From Jiangellaceae bacterium (GTDB lineage: Bacteria; Actinomycetota; Actinomycetes; Jiangellales; Jiangellaceae), in the NCBI GenBank assembly GCA_036374175.1, contig DASUUH010000072.1, positions 7,709-71,708 on the forward strand: 64,000 nucleotides of DNA, read 5' to 3'. Every line of letters starts with the position of its first letter. The first letter of the stretch is position 1. Shown here in pieces: positions 55,084 to 64,000 of this stretch. The position numbers and the translations under genes are program-made. The notes under the pieces are model-generated. The model was not told the DNA's origin. It saw only the letters and a program-made list of their open reading frames with translations, and ran no database searches.

Positions 55084-55293
55084 ATGAACCGCACATACCG
55101 GGTCAGTGAGATCGTCGGTACGTCGACCGAAGGGGTTGACCACGCGATCCGCAACGGCATCGACCGCGCCGCACAGACCCTCCGCCACCTCGACTGGTTC
55201 GAGGTCACCGAGATCCGCGGCCACCTGGTCGACGGGCAGATCGAGCACATTCAGGTCGGCATGAAGGTGGGCTTCCGGCTAGAAGACGCGTGA
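55084..55293 (+). CDS. dodecin family flavin-binding protein
   Basis: 69 aa. AAGGAGG lies upstream. The sequence reads YRVSEIVGTSTEGVDHAIRNGIDRA...WFEV..IRG. Confidence 0.85.
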   Translation: MNRTYRVSEIVGTSTEGVDHAIRNGIDRAAQTLRHLDWFEVTEIRGHLVDGQIEHIQVGMKVGFRLEDA

Positions 55294-56084
<791 letters not shown>

Positions 56085-56085
<1 letters not shown>

Positions 56086-56879
56086 TGGGTTACGACAACG
56101 CGGCTGCGGGCCGCCTTCTGGAGGGCAAGCGGATCCTCGTGACGGGGGTGACGATGGACACCTCGATCGGCTTCCACGTCGCTCGAGTGGCCCAGGAGCA
56201 GGGCGCCGAGGTGGCCATCACCAATTTCGGCCGGGCACTGTCGATCACCAGGCGCATCGCCGGCCGGTTGCCCAAGGCGCCTGCGGTCCTGGAGTTGGAC
56301 GTCACCAACTCCGACCACCTCGCCGGCGTGGCCGAGCAGGTGCACGACGCACTGGGCGGGCTCGACGGGGTGGTGCACTCGATCGCGTACGGCAACCCCG
56401 AGACGGCGCTCGGCGGCAAGTTCCTCGACACGCCCTGGGAGGACGTCGGCCAGGCGCTGCACGTGTCGGCCTTCTCGCTGAAGTCCCTGGCGATGGCGTG
56501 CCGTCCACTGCTCGGCCGCGGCTCGGCCATTGTCGGGATGACGTTCGACGCGTCGGTGTCGTGGCCGGTGTACGACTGGATGGGCGTGGCCAAAGCCGGC
56601 CTGGAATCCACCGCGCGCTACCTGGCCCGTTACCTGGGTCCGGACGGCATCCGGGTCAACCTGGTGTCGGCGGGGCCGCTGCGCACGCTCGCGGCGAAAG
56701 CCATCCCCGGCTTCGAGGACCTCGAAGCCGGCTGGGCCGCACGTGCGCCGCTGGGCTGGGATCGCAGCGACCCCGAACCGGCCGCCCGTACGGTCGTGGC
56801 CCTGCTGAGCGATTTCCTGCCGGCGACCACCGGCGAGATCGTCCACGTCGACGGCGGGTACCACGCCACGGGGGCCTAG
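56085..56879 (+). CDS. inhA: NADH-dependent enoyl-ACP reductase (InhA type)
   Basis: 264 aa, closely collinear with M. tuberculosis InhA (LEGKRILVTGV..SIGFHVARVAQEQGA, DGVVHSI, MGVAKAGLES). Confidence 0.92.
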
Positions 56880-58172
56880 ATGATTCCGGCCGCGCCCAAC
56901 GGCACGCTGCGGATCTCCGGGCTCGGACTTCGTGATCACTGGTTCGACGTCCCGCTGAATCACGCCGAGCCGGGCGGGGAGACCATCACGGTCTACGCAC
57001 GCGAAGTCGTCGCCGTCGACGAGCCGGCGGCGAACAAGCCGTGGCTGCTGTTCCTGCAGGGCGGGCCCGGCGGAAAGGCGCCGCGGCCGGCCGATTCGCC
57101 GGCCTGGATCCACCGTGCCGTGAAGGACTTCCGGGTGCTGCTGCTCGACCAGCGAGGCACGGGACGCTCGACCCCCGTGACGCCGCGGACCATCCTGGGG
57201 CTGAGCAGCGCCCGTGCACAGGCCGAGTACCTGTCTCACTTGCGGGCCGACGCGATCGTCGCCGACGCCGAGCTCATCCGCCGCCGGCTGCTAGGCGAGG
57301 ACTCGACATGGAGCGTGCTGGGCCAGTCCTACGGCGGCTTCTGCATTCTGCACTACCTCTCGGTCGCGCCGGACAACCTCGCTGCTGCGTACATCACCGG
57401 TGGGTTGGGCCCGCTCGACGCGCCGGCCGAGGAGGTCTACCAGGCCACCTACGCGGTCGTCCGCGCCAAGAACACGTCCTACCATCACGCGTTCCCGGAC
57501 GACCAGGACCGGCTCGAGCGGATCGCGGCCTACCTGCGTGAGCACGATGTGCGGCTGCCCGACGGGTCGCCGCTGTCGGTCCGGCGCTTCCAGACAATGG
57601 GGATAAGACTCGGCGGCACGATCGCCGTGCCGAAGGTGCACTACCTGCTCGAGGAGGCCTTCGTCGACGGGCCGGACGGCCCGGAGTTGTCGCACACGTT
57701 CCTGCACGGCGTCTACTCCGAGCTGAGCTTCGCCGAGGCGCCGCTCTACGCGGTACTGCACGAACCCATCTATGCGCAGGGCGCGGCCACTCGGTGGGCC
57801 GCTGACCGCACCCGGCCGGCCGACTTCGATCCGGACGCCGCACCACTGCTGCTGACCGGCGAAATGATCTATCCCTGGATGTTCGACGACGACCCCGCGC
57901 TGCGGCCGTTCCGCAACGCGGCCGAGTTGTTGGCCCAGCGAGACGACTGGCCGGCGCTCTATGACCGCACCGTTCTCGCGGCCAACCAGGTGCCGGTCGC
58001 CGCCGCCCTCTACACCGACGACATATACGTCGACGCGCGGTTGGCCGACGACACGGCGGCCGCTGTGCGTGGCCTGCGGGTCTGGAAGACGAACGCCTAC
58101 GAACGTGACGGCCTGCGCGAGACCAGCGACGTCCTGGACCGGTTGATCAAGATGGCCAGGGGTGAGCTCTGA
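56880..58172 (+). CDS. alpha/beta hydrolase (S33 prolyl aminopeptidase-like)
   Basis: 430 aa with LQGGPGG, DQRGTGRS and the nucleophile elbow GQSYGG. Confidence 0.85.
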   Translation: MIPAAPNGTLRISGLGLRDHWFDVPLNHAEPGGETITVYAREVVAVDEPAANKPWLLFLQGGPGGKAPRPADSPAWIHRAVKDFRVLLLDQRGTGRSTPVTPRTILGLSSARAQAEYLSHLRADAIVADAELIRRRLLGEDSTWSVLGQSYGGFCILHYLSVAPDNLAAAYITGGLGPLDAPAEEVYQATYAVVRAKNTSYHHAFPDDQDRLERIAAYLREHDVRLPDGSPLSVRRFQTMGIRLGGTIAVPKVHYLLEEAFVDGPDGPELSHTFLHGVYSELSFAEAPLYAVLHEPIYAQGAATRWAADRTRPADFDPDAAPLLLTGEMIYPWMFDDDPALRPFRNAAELLAQRDDWPALYDRTVLAANQVPVAAALYTDDIYVDARLADDTAAAVRGLRVWKTNAYERDGLRETSDVLDRLIKMARGEL

Positions 58173-58292
58173 GCCTGGAGATTGTGCTGCGGCGCGAGCG
58201 TCCCACCATCGTCGCCCAGCGGCTCGGTGCCTCGCCGCCGCCGACGCGGGGCTTAGCTCTGCCGAACCCGCGCTTGTTCTAGGCTCGGGAGT

Positions 58293-58781
58293 ATGGCTAA
58301 GACTCTCGTGGTGTTACGGCACGCGAAGTCGGCCTGGCCGGACGGCGTGGCCGACCACGACCGCCCGCTGTCCGAGCGCGGTCGCCGTGATGCCCCCGCC
58401 GTCGGCCGCTGGCTTCGCGAGCAGGGGATCGGCGTGGAGTTGGCCTTGGTGTCCAGCGCCCGGCGCGCCCGCGAGACGTTCGAGTTGGCCGCCGCCGAGC
58501 TCGACCCAGCTCCGAAGCCGCTCATCACCGACTCCGTGTACGGCGCTAGCACCGGCGACCTGCTCGACACGGTCCGCGAGTTGCCGGCCTCGGTGCGGGT
58601 GGCCCTGCTGGTCGGGCACAACCCGAGCATCGGCAATCTGGCCACCATTCTGGACGACCGCGCCCGAGGCGCCCTGGAGTTCAAGACCAGCGCGATCGCC
58701 ATCTACGACGTCGGCCCAACCTGGCCGGAAGTTAATCCGGGTGCGGCTCGGCTGCTCACCTCAGCCATTCCCCGCGGCTGA
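58293..58781 (+). CDS. histidine phosphatase family protein (SixA-like)
   Basis: 162 aa with the RHG motif VLRHAKS, plus SSARRARET and GHNP. Confidence 0.85.
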   Translation: MAKTLVVLRHAKSAWPDGVADHDRPLSERGRRDAPAVGRWLREQGIGVELALVSSARRARETFELAAAELDPAPKPLITDSVYGASTGDLLDTVRELPASVRVALLVGHNPSIGNLATILDDRARGALEFKTSAIAIYDVGPTWPEVNPGAARLLTSAIPRG

Positions 58782-58806
58782 CGTTCGATCACGTTCGGCA
58801 GACGGC

Positions 58807-58846
58807 GCGACGTAGCTACAGGCATGCATGCATGTAGCTACGTCGC
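58807..58846. terminator. 40-nt near-perfect palindrome (14-bp stem), candidate bidirectional terminator
   Basis: GCGACGTAGCTACA (58807-20) pairs with TGTAGCTACGTCGC (58833-46). The loop GGCATGCATGCA is itself self-complementary. It sits between the convergent SixA-like gene and serB. No U-tract follows. Confidence 0.55.
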
Positions 58847-58875
58847 CAGGCCTGGTGGGCGGCCCACCGGTTAGG

Positions 58876-60090
58876 TCAGTCGAGCGGCGGCGCCGGGGTG
58901 ACGTACCCGTCGGCGGCGTCGGCCGCTTCGATCTCCTGCCGGCTGATGCCCAGCAGGTAGAGCACGGCATCCAGGTACGGGACGTTGACGGCGGTGTCGG
59001 CGGCTTCACGCAGGACCGGTTTGGCGTTGAACGCGACGCCGAGACCGGCCGTGGCGATCATTTCCAGATCATTGGCGCCGTCGCCGACCGCCACCGTCTG
59101 CGACAGGGGAACACCCGCAGCCTGGGCGAACCGGCGCAGAGCCTGCGCTTTGCCGGACCGGTCGAGTACCGGCCCGACGAGTTCACCGGTCAGCTGCCCG
59201 TCGACGATCTCGAGGGTGTTGGCCGCCGCGTAGTCGAGCCCCAGCTCGTCGACCAGGTACTCGGTGATCTGGCTGAACCCGCCGCTCACGATGGCAACGC
59301 GGTATCCCAGCCGCTTCAGGGTGCGGACCAGCGTGCGTGCACCCGGAGTCAGCTGTACCGACGACTGGACCTCGTCGACCGCGCTCGCCGGCAGCCCGGC
59401 GAGCAGGCGGACCCGGGCGCGCAGCGAGTCGGTGAACTCGAGCTCGCCGCGCATCGCCTCAGCAGTCACCTTGGCCACTTGATCCAGCACCCCGGCCTTC
59501 TCGGCCAGCATCTCGATGACCTCGCCTTGCACAAGCGTGGAGTCGACGTCCATCACGACGAGCCGTTTGGCCCGCCGGATGAGCCCGGACGGTTGGACCG
59601 CGACGTCGAAACCGTGGCTGAGCGCCTCGCCGGCCAGCTCGACCCGCAACACCGCCGGATCCACGCCGGAGACTTCGAGCTCGATCGAGGTCACCGGATA
59701 CGACGCCAAGCGCACGATCCGGTCGATGTTGCCGCTGCGAGCTGCGATCCGGCCCGCTACTGCGGCCATCGCCGCAGGTCGCAGGGGTTTGCCGAGGACC
59801 GTGACATGGGTTCGACCCGGCTGCTGGCCGGCGTCCCCCGAACCGGTGACGAGTTCGACGTCCAAGCCGAGCGAGGCGGCGACCTTGCCCACGGCCGCTC
59901 GAAACGCCGGCTCATCGTCGGGTGCGGTGACGAGGATGCCCAAGATCAGCCGGCCCCGCACCACGACCTGCTCAACATCGACGACATCGACGGCGTGCTC
60001 GGATATTGCCGTGAACAGCCGAGCCGTGACGCCGGGACGGTCGTGTCCGGTGACGATGGCCAGGACAGTGCTTGGTGCAGGCAGGTTCAT
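58876..60090 (-). CDS. serB: phosphoserine phosphatase SerB with N-terminal ACT domains
   Basis: 404 aa with HAD motifs VVMDVDSTLVQGE, SGGF and GDGANDL. The N-terminal half has two ACT-like repeats. Confidence 0.93.
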   Translation of the reverse strand: MNLPAPSTVLAIVTGHDRPGVTARLFTAISEHAVDVVDVEQVVVRGRLILGILVTAPDDEPAFRAAVGKVAASLGLDVELVTGSGDAGQQPGRTHVTVLGKPLRPAAMAAVAGRIAARSGNIDRIVRLASYPVTSIELEVSGVDPAVLRVELAGEALSHGFDVAVQPSGLIRRAKRLVVMDVDSTLVQGEVIEMLAEKAGVLDQVAKVTAEAMRGELEFTDSLRARVRLLAGLPASAVDEVQSSVQLTPGARTLVRTLKRLGYRVAIVSGGFSQITEYLVDELGLDYAAANTLEIVDGQLTGELVGPVLDRSGKAQALRRFAQAAGVPLSQTVAVGDGANDLEMIATAGLGVAFNAKPVLREAADTAVNVPYLDAVLYLLGISRQEIEAADAADGYVTPAPPLD

Positions 60091-60150
60091 GACGCTTTCA
60101 GGCTAACTCCCGCCGATTCTGGGACGGGTAGGCAGGTGAGCGAATGGCGA

Positions 60151-60900
60151 TCAGCTGACCGGCAGGTGGTTGTTGCACGCAGCGGCGAGCCCGTGCCGGG
60201 CCGCACGCTCCAGCTGACGGAGGGCCTCGCGGCGCGCCGACGCCTCGGCCGTCGTCACGGCCCCGCCGTCGTCGGCCAGTGCGAACTCGGCAATCGTCCA
60301 CAGCCGGGCCGCGCGGGCTGCGAGCGCCTGGGCTTCCTGCGAGTACCCGTGCGGCAGCGGCGCCGACGCTCTGCCCGCGCGTACATCGTCCAGCAGTTGG
60401 GCCACCTCCGGCCGCCACGACGGCACATCCAGGTCGGCCAGCACTCGCCCGGCAGCGAGCAGCGCGTCGTTGAGATCCCGATCCGCCTGCGTGATCGTCG
60501 GCCCGGCCGGCGGCGGGTTCGCCTGGTACCAGACCCACGTCACGAAGTGGCCCTGGTCACCGGGCGGGCCGAATGCGCTCACCCGCGGCACCAGCGCGTA
60601 CGGCGCGCCGACGGCGACCACGGCCTCACCCGCCGCGACGGCTGATTCGGTCAGTTCGACCGGCCCACCAAGCCCGTGCGGGTCACCGGGCCGGGGGAGG
60701 GCCGCGGCGACGCCGTACGCCCCGGCTTCGCGCCAGAACGGCAGCACCAAATCCAGTGAAGCCACTGATGGTGCGTTCTCAAGCTCGTGGGGTTCGTCGT
60801 CACCGCGCACGCGGTCGATCACTTCCGATGCGTCGCACCGGCCTTCGAACCACATCGCCGCCCAGGCGGCGAACCGAACCGATCGAGGTATCGAGACCAT
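60151..60900 (-). CDS. conserved-looking hypothetical protein, no recognisable domain
   Basis: 249 aa with balanced composition and strong GC3 bias in this frame. The overlapping plus-frame ORF is S/P/T/R-rich. I recognise no motif. Confidence 0.6.
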   Translation of the reverse strand: MVSIPRSVRFAAWAAMWFEGRCDASEVIDRVRGDDEPHELENAPSVASLDLVLPFWREAGAYGVAAALPRPGDPHGLGGPVELTESAVAAGEAVVAVGAPYALVPRVSAFGPPGDQGHFVTWVWYQANPPPAGPTITQADRDLNDALLAAGRVLADLDVPSWRPEVAQLLDDVRAGRASAPLPHGYSQEAQALAARAARLWTIAEFALADDGGAVTTAEASARREALRQLERAARHGLAAACNNHLPVS

Positions 60901-60988
60901 GATTGCCCCAGCCTATGGAACTCCACTAGCACTCGTGGCCCCACGGTGCCCGCCGGACCGGCCGGAGCAGTCGGTAAGGTCCACTGGC

Positions 60989-61783
60989 ATGACCGACGTC
61001 CTCGAGTTGGCCGACGTCTCGGTGCGTCGCTCCGGCACCTACCTGCTGCAGGAGGTCACCTGGTCGGTCGCCGAGTCCGACCGCTGGGTCATCCTCGGTC
61101 CGAATGGCGCCGGCAAGACGACGTTGCTGCAGGTGGCGGCCGCCCTCATGCATCCGACCGAGGGTTACGCGGCGATTCTCGGCGAGATCCTCGGCGGCGT
61201 CGACGTGTTCGAACTGCGCCCCCGCATCGGGCTGACCAGTGTGGCCCTCGCCGACCGCATCCCGCTCGACGAACGGGTCCGCGACGTTGTCATGACCGCG
61301 TCATACGCGGTCGTGGGTCGCTGGCGCGAGTCGTACGAGTCCTACGATGAAGATCGCGCAAACGTCCTGCTCAGGCGTCTCGGCGTCGCATCACTCGCCG
61401 GCCGGACATTCGGGACGCTCTCCGAGGGAGAGCGCAAGCGGGTGCAGATCGCCCGCGCGATGATGTCCGACCCGGAACTGCTGCTCCTGGACGAACCGGC
61501 GGCGGGCCTGGATCTCGGCGGGCGCGAGGCGCTCGTCACGACCCTGGGTGAACTCGCCGCCGATCCGGCCTCGCCGGCGATGGTGCTCGTGACACATCAT
61601 GTCGAGGAGATTCCGCGCGGCTTCACGCATGTGCTCCTGCTGCGCGAGGGCCGGGTGGTGGCGTCCGGGCCGCTTGAGCAGACGCTCACCGCAGAGTCGC
61701 TGAGCACGACGTTCGGCCTGCCGCTCACAGTGAGCCGGGACGACGGACGGTGGTCTGCTCGTGCGCGACTGGCGAGCAGTTAG
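60989..61783 (+). CDS. ABC transporter ATP-binding protein (single domain, no adjacent permease)
   Basis: ATG 60989. Walker A GPNGAGKTT, signature LSEGERKR and Walker B LLLDEPAAGLD. The track start 60470 is an antisense extension. Confidence 0.88.
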   Translation: MTDVLELADVSVRRSGTYLLQEVTWSVAESDRWVILGPNGAGKTTLLQVAAALMHPTEGYAAILGEILGGVDVFELRPRIGLTSVALADRIPLDERVRDVVMTASYAVVGRWRESYESYDEDRANVLLRRLGVASLAGRTFGTLSEGERKRVQIARAMMSDPELLLLDEPAAGLDLGGREALVTTLGELAADPASPAMVLVTHHVEEIPRGFTHVLLLREGRVVASGPLEQTLTAESLSTTFGLPLTVSRDDGRWSARARLASS

Positions 61784-61824
61784 CGATCTTTAAGAAAAGT
61801 ATTGAATCGCCTAGGGTTAGGGCC

Positions 61825-62286
61825 ATGCGGGACGCCTTCGACTGGATCGGCGACAACGAATGGACGTTGTGGGCCGGTCTGGCGCTGATCCTCGGCATCA
61901 TCGAGACCACGACACTCGACCTGGTCTTTCTGATGCTCGCCGTCGGCGCTGCAGGCGGAGCGGCGGTCGCCGCTGTGGGAGCACCGTTTCTGGTGCAGGC
62001 GCTGGCAGCGATTGCGGTCAGCGTCGCCATGCTCGGCGTTGTGCGGCCGATCGCAAAGCGCCACCTGCACCAGGCGATCAGCGAGCGCACCGGAGTGGCT
62101 GCGCTCGTCGGTCGCCGCGCGACCGTACTCGAGCGGGTGGACGGCAACGGCGGCCGGGTGAAGCTGGCCGGGGAGGTCTGGTCGGCGCGCAGCTACGACG
62201 GCTCGGTCATCGAGGTTGGCGCCAGCGTTGACGTCGTTGAGATCCAGGGAGCGACTGCACTCGTGTTCGCCGCCGAAGGCCCGTAA
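61825..62286 (+). CDS. NfeD-family protein
   Basis: ATG 61825. Two or three TM helices precede the C-terminal OB-fold (GRRATVLERVDGNGGRVKLAGEVWSARS...V.VVEIQG). It lies directly upstream of an SPFH gene. Confidence 0.85.
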   Translation: MRDAFDWIGDNEWTLWAGLALILGIIETTTLDLVFLMLAVGAAGGAAVAAVGAPFLVQALAAIAVSVAMLGVVRPIAKRHLHQAISERTGVAALVGRRATVLERVDGNGGRVKLAGEVWSARSYDGSVIEVGASVDVVEIQGATALVFAAEGP

Positions 62287-62361
62287 GCTCCCGCGTGCTG
62301 CCTGGCGGCACCGCCCGCTTACCAACCGATAACGTGGTCGCCCCCGAAGAAAGGGTCTCCC

Positions 62362-63495
62362 ATGGATGCTGGACAGACGCTGTTGCTGTTCGTGGTGTTC
62401 CTGCTCGCCGTGTTCGTCCTGGTCACGCTGGCCAGGTCGGTGCGCATCGTGCCGCAGGCGCGGGCGGGCATCGTCGAGCGGCTAGGCAAGTTCAGGCGGG
62501 TTCTCGAACCGGGCCTGACCGTTGTCATCCCGTTCATCGATCGAGTCCTGCCGTTGATCGACCTCCGCGAGCAGGTCGTCTCCTTCCCGCCGCAGCCGGT
62601 GATCACCGAGGACAACCTGGTCGTGCAGATCGACACGGTGATCTACTACCAGGTCACGAACGCCAAGGACGCAACCTACGAGATCGCCAACTACATCGCT
62701 GGTATCGAGCAGCTGACCGTCACGACGCTGCGTAACGTCATCGGCGGCATGGACCTCGAGCGAACGCTCACCAGCCGTGAAGAGATCAACAATGCGCTTC
62801 GCGGCGTGCTGGACGAGGCGACCGGTAAGTGGGGCATCCGGGTCAACCGGGTCGAGCTCAAGTCCATCGACCCGCCGCCGTCGATCCAGGACTCGATGGA
62901 GAAGCAGATGCGCGCCGAGCGTGACCGCCGGGCCGCCATCTTGAACGCCGAAGGTGTGCGCCAGTCGCAGATCCTCACCGCGGAGGGCCAGAAGCAGGCC
63001 GCGATCCTGACCGCCGAAGGTGACAAGCAGTCCCAGATCTTGCGCGCGGAGGCGAGCAAGCAGGCCCAGATCCTGCAGGCCGACGGTGAAGCCAAGGCGA
63101 TCAAGGCCGTGTTCGACGCCATCCACCGCGGCAACCCAGACCAGAAGCTACTGGCCTACCAGTACATGCAGATGCTGCCGGAGATCGCCAAGGGTGACTC
63201 CAACAAGGTCTGGGTCGTGCCCAGCGAGATCGGCAAGGCGCTCGAGGGCCTCGGCTCCGCAGTGGGCTCGATGGGACAGCTCGCCGGTGGCATCGTCGAG
63301 GACGCGGAGGCCGATGTGGCACTCGACGAACTGGCCCAAGCGCGTGCCGAGGTCGAAGCCGCGGCTGAAGAAGCCGCACATGAAAGCGAAGCGGCCGTGG
63401 AAGCGGCTCAGGATGAGGTCCGTGAGGCGCTGCGATCGGCCCAGCAGGCGACGACTGAACCCGGGCAGGGCCCCACTGAGCCCGGCAGCCAGTGA
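62362..63495 (+). CDS. SPFH/band-7 (stomatin-like) protein
   Basis: 377 aa with an N-terminal TM helix. The SPFH core reads RIVPQARAGIVERLGKF...ITEDNLVV. An 11-residue repeat coiled coil and an acidic Ala/Glu tail follow. Confidence 0.9.
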   Translation: MDAGQTLLLFVVFLLAVFVLVTLARSVRIVPQARAGIVERLGKFRRVLEPGLTVVIPFIDRVLPLIDLREQVVSFPPQPVITEDNLVVQIDTVIYYQVTNAKDATYEIANYIAGIEQLTVTTLRNVIGGMDLERTLTSREEINNALRGVLDEATGKWGIRVNRVELKSIDPPPSIQDSMEKQMRAERDRRAAILNAEGVRQSQILTAEGQKQAAILTAEGDKQSQILRAEASKQAQILQADGEAKAIKAVFDAIHRGNPDQKLLAYQYMQMLPEIAKGDSNKVWVVPSEIGKALEGLGSAVGSMGQLAGGIVEDAEADVALDELAQARAEVEAAAEEAAHESEAAVEAAQDEVREALRSAQQATTEPGQGPTEPGSQ

Positions 63496-63560
63496 CCGAC
63501 TTGTCCGGCTACACCTGTCCCATCACCGCAGGTGGCTGAGTTGTCCGGCCGGACACGTCG

Positions 63561-64000
63561 GTGAGCCTGCTCGAGGCCGGCCTTATCGTGCTGGCCGGGC
63601 TGGCAGCGGGGGCCATCAATGCCGTGGTCGGGTCGGGCAGCCTGATCACGTTCCCCACCTTGGTGTGGGTGGGTTTGCCGCCGGTCGTGGCGAACGTCTC
63701 CAACACGGTCGGTCTGGTGCCAGGTGGGGTGTCCGGCGCCTGGGGCTACCGCCGTGAGCTCATCGGCCAGCGCGGCCGCCTCCTCCGGCTGGGCACCGGG
63801 ACACTGCTCGGCTCGATCGTCGGCGCGACCCTGCTGCTCGTGCTGCCGCCCGGTGTTTTCGCCACTGTGGTGCCGGCACTGATCCTGCTGGCGTGTGTGT
63901 TGGTACTCATCCAGCCGTGGCTCGTACGCAAGCTGGCCGACCGGCCGCGACGCGACCACGGCGGCCCGCTGGTGTCGGTGTTCGTGTTCGCTACTGGCAT
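63561..64000 (+). CDS. TauE/SafE-family (DUF81) membrane transporter, 3' end beyond window
   Basis: Not in the ORF track because there is no stop in the window. Hand translation from GTG 63561 gives VSLLEAGLIVLAGLAAGAINAVVGSGSLITFPTLVWVGLPPVVANVSNTVGLVPGGVSGAWGYRREL.., typical of TauE/SafE. Confidence 0.8.
   Translation, partial: MSLLEAGLIVLAGLAAGAINAVVGSGSLITFPTLVWVGLPPVVANVSNTVGLVPGGVSGAWGYRRELIGQRGRLLRLGTGTLLGSIVGATLLLVLPPGVFATVVPALILLACVLVLIQPWLVRKLADRPRRDHGGPLVSVFVFATG

Noticed and set aside
58828-60645. 605-aa plus-strand ORF
   Set aside because: It is antisense to serB (HAD motifs present) and to the 249-aa hypothetical gene. It is a shadow frame.
62932-63096. Five tandem 33-nt repeats
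   Set aside because: They are in-frame 11-residue repeats (AAILNAEGVRQ / SQILTAEGQKQ / AAILTAEGDKQ / SQILRAEASKQ / AQILQADGEAK) forming the coiled coil of the SPFH protein. This is a protein-level repeat, not a DNA element.

Overview
High-GC (about 70%) actinobacterial chromosome, densely packed and almost entirely core housekeeping. About 64 protein genes are supported. I saw no rRNA, tRNA or CRISPR by eye. The order matches conserved Actinomycetota blocks. Block 1 is DUF349, ppiB, MBL hydrolase, hisS, radical SAM, aspS, then rarA, alaS-ruvX-mltG-aroE, aroC-aroK-aroB-aroQ, pepQ-efp-nusB. Block 2 is pyrR-pyrB-pyrC-carA-carB-pyrD-pyrF-mihF-gmk-rpoZ-coaBC-metK-priA. Block 3 is bioYMN, a Zn peptidase, ABC-F, a small HTH protein, echA, an ABC exporter, SURF1, moaA, dodecin, fabG-inhA, serB and NfeD/SPFH. 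I found no convincing new multi-gene system such as a defence, toxin or biosynthetic cluster, and I do not claim one. The items most worth a second look are listed here. (1) A 153-aa mini-intein sits exactly inside the CxxxCxxC motif of an Rv2578c-type radical SAM gene. (2) Four phased copies of an 18-nt motif lie just upstream of rarA. (3) Two unrelated perfect 22-bp inverted repeats with 44- and 60-nt spacers sit at operon ends, and one supplies the last codons and the stop of an ABC exporter. (4) A frameshifted DUF559 gene marks the edge of a roughly 4.7-kb non-syntenic segment (trkHA, DUF1707, M48 peptidase) between nusB and pyrR. (5) A pyrR leader hairpin buries the Shine-Dalgarno sequence. 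(6) A candidate leaderless 6-codon uORF precedes an ABC-F gene. Several start codons were moved from the ORF-track coordinates on the basis of N-terminal conservation, SD motifs and stop/start overlaps. Many long track ORFs are antisense shadow frames typical of high-GC DNA and were rejected.
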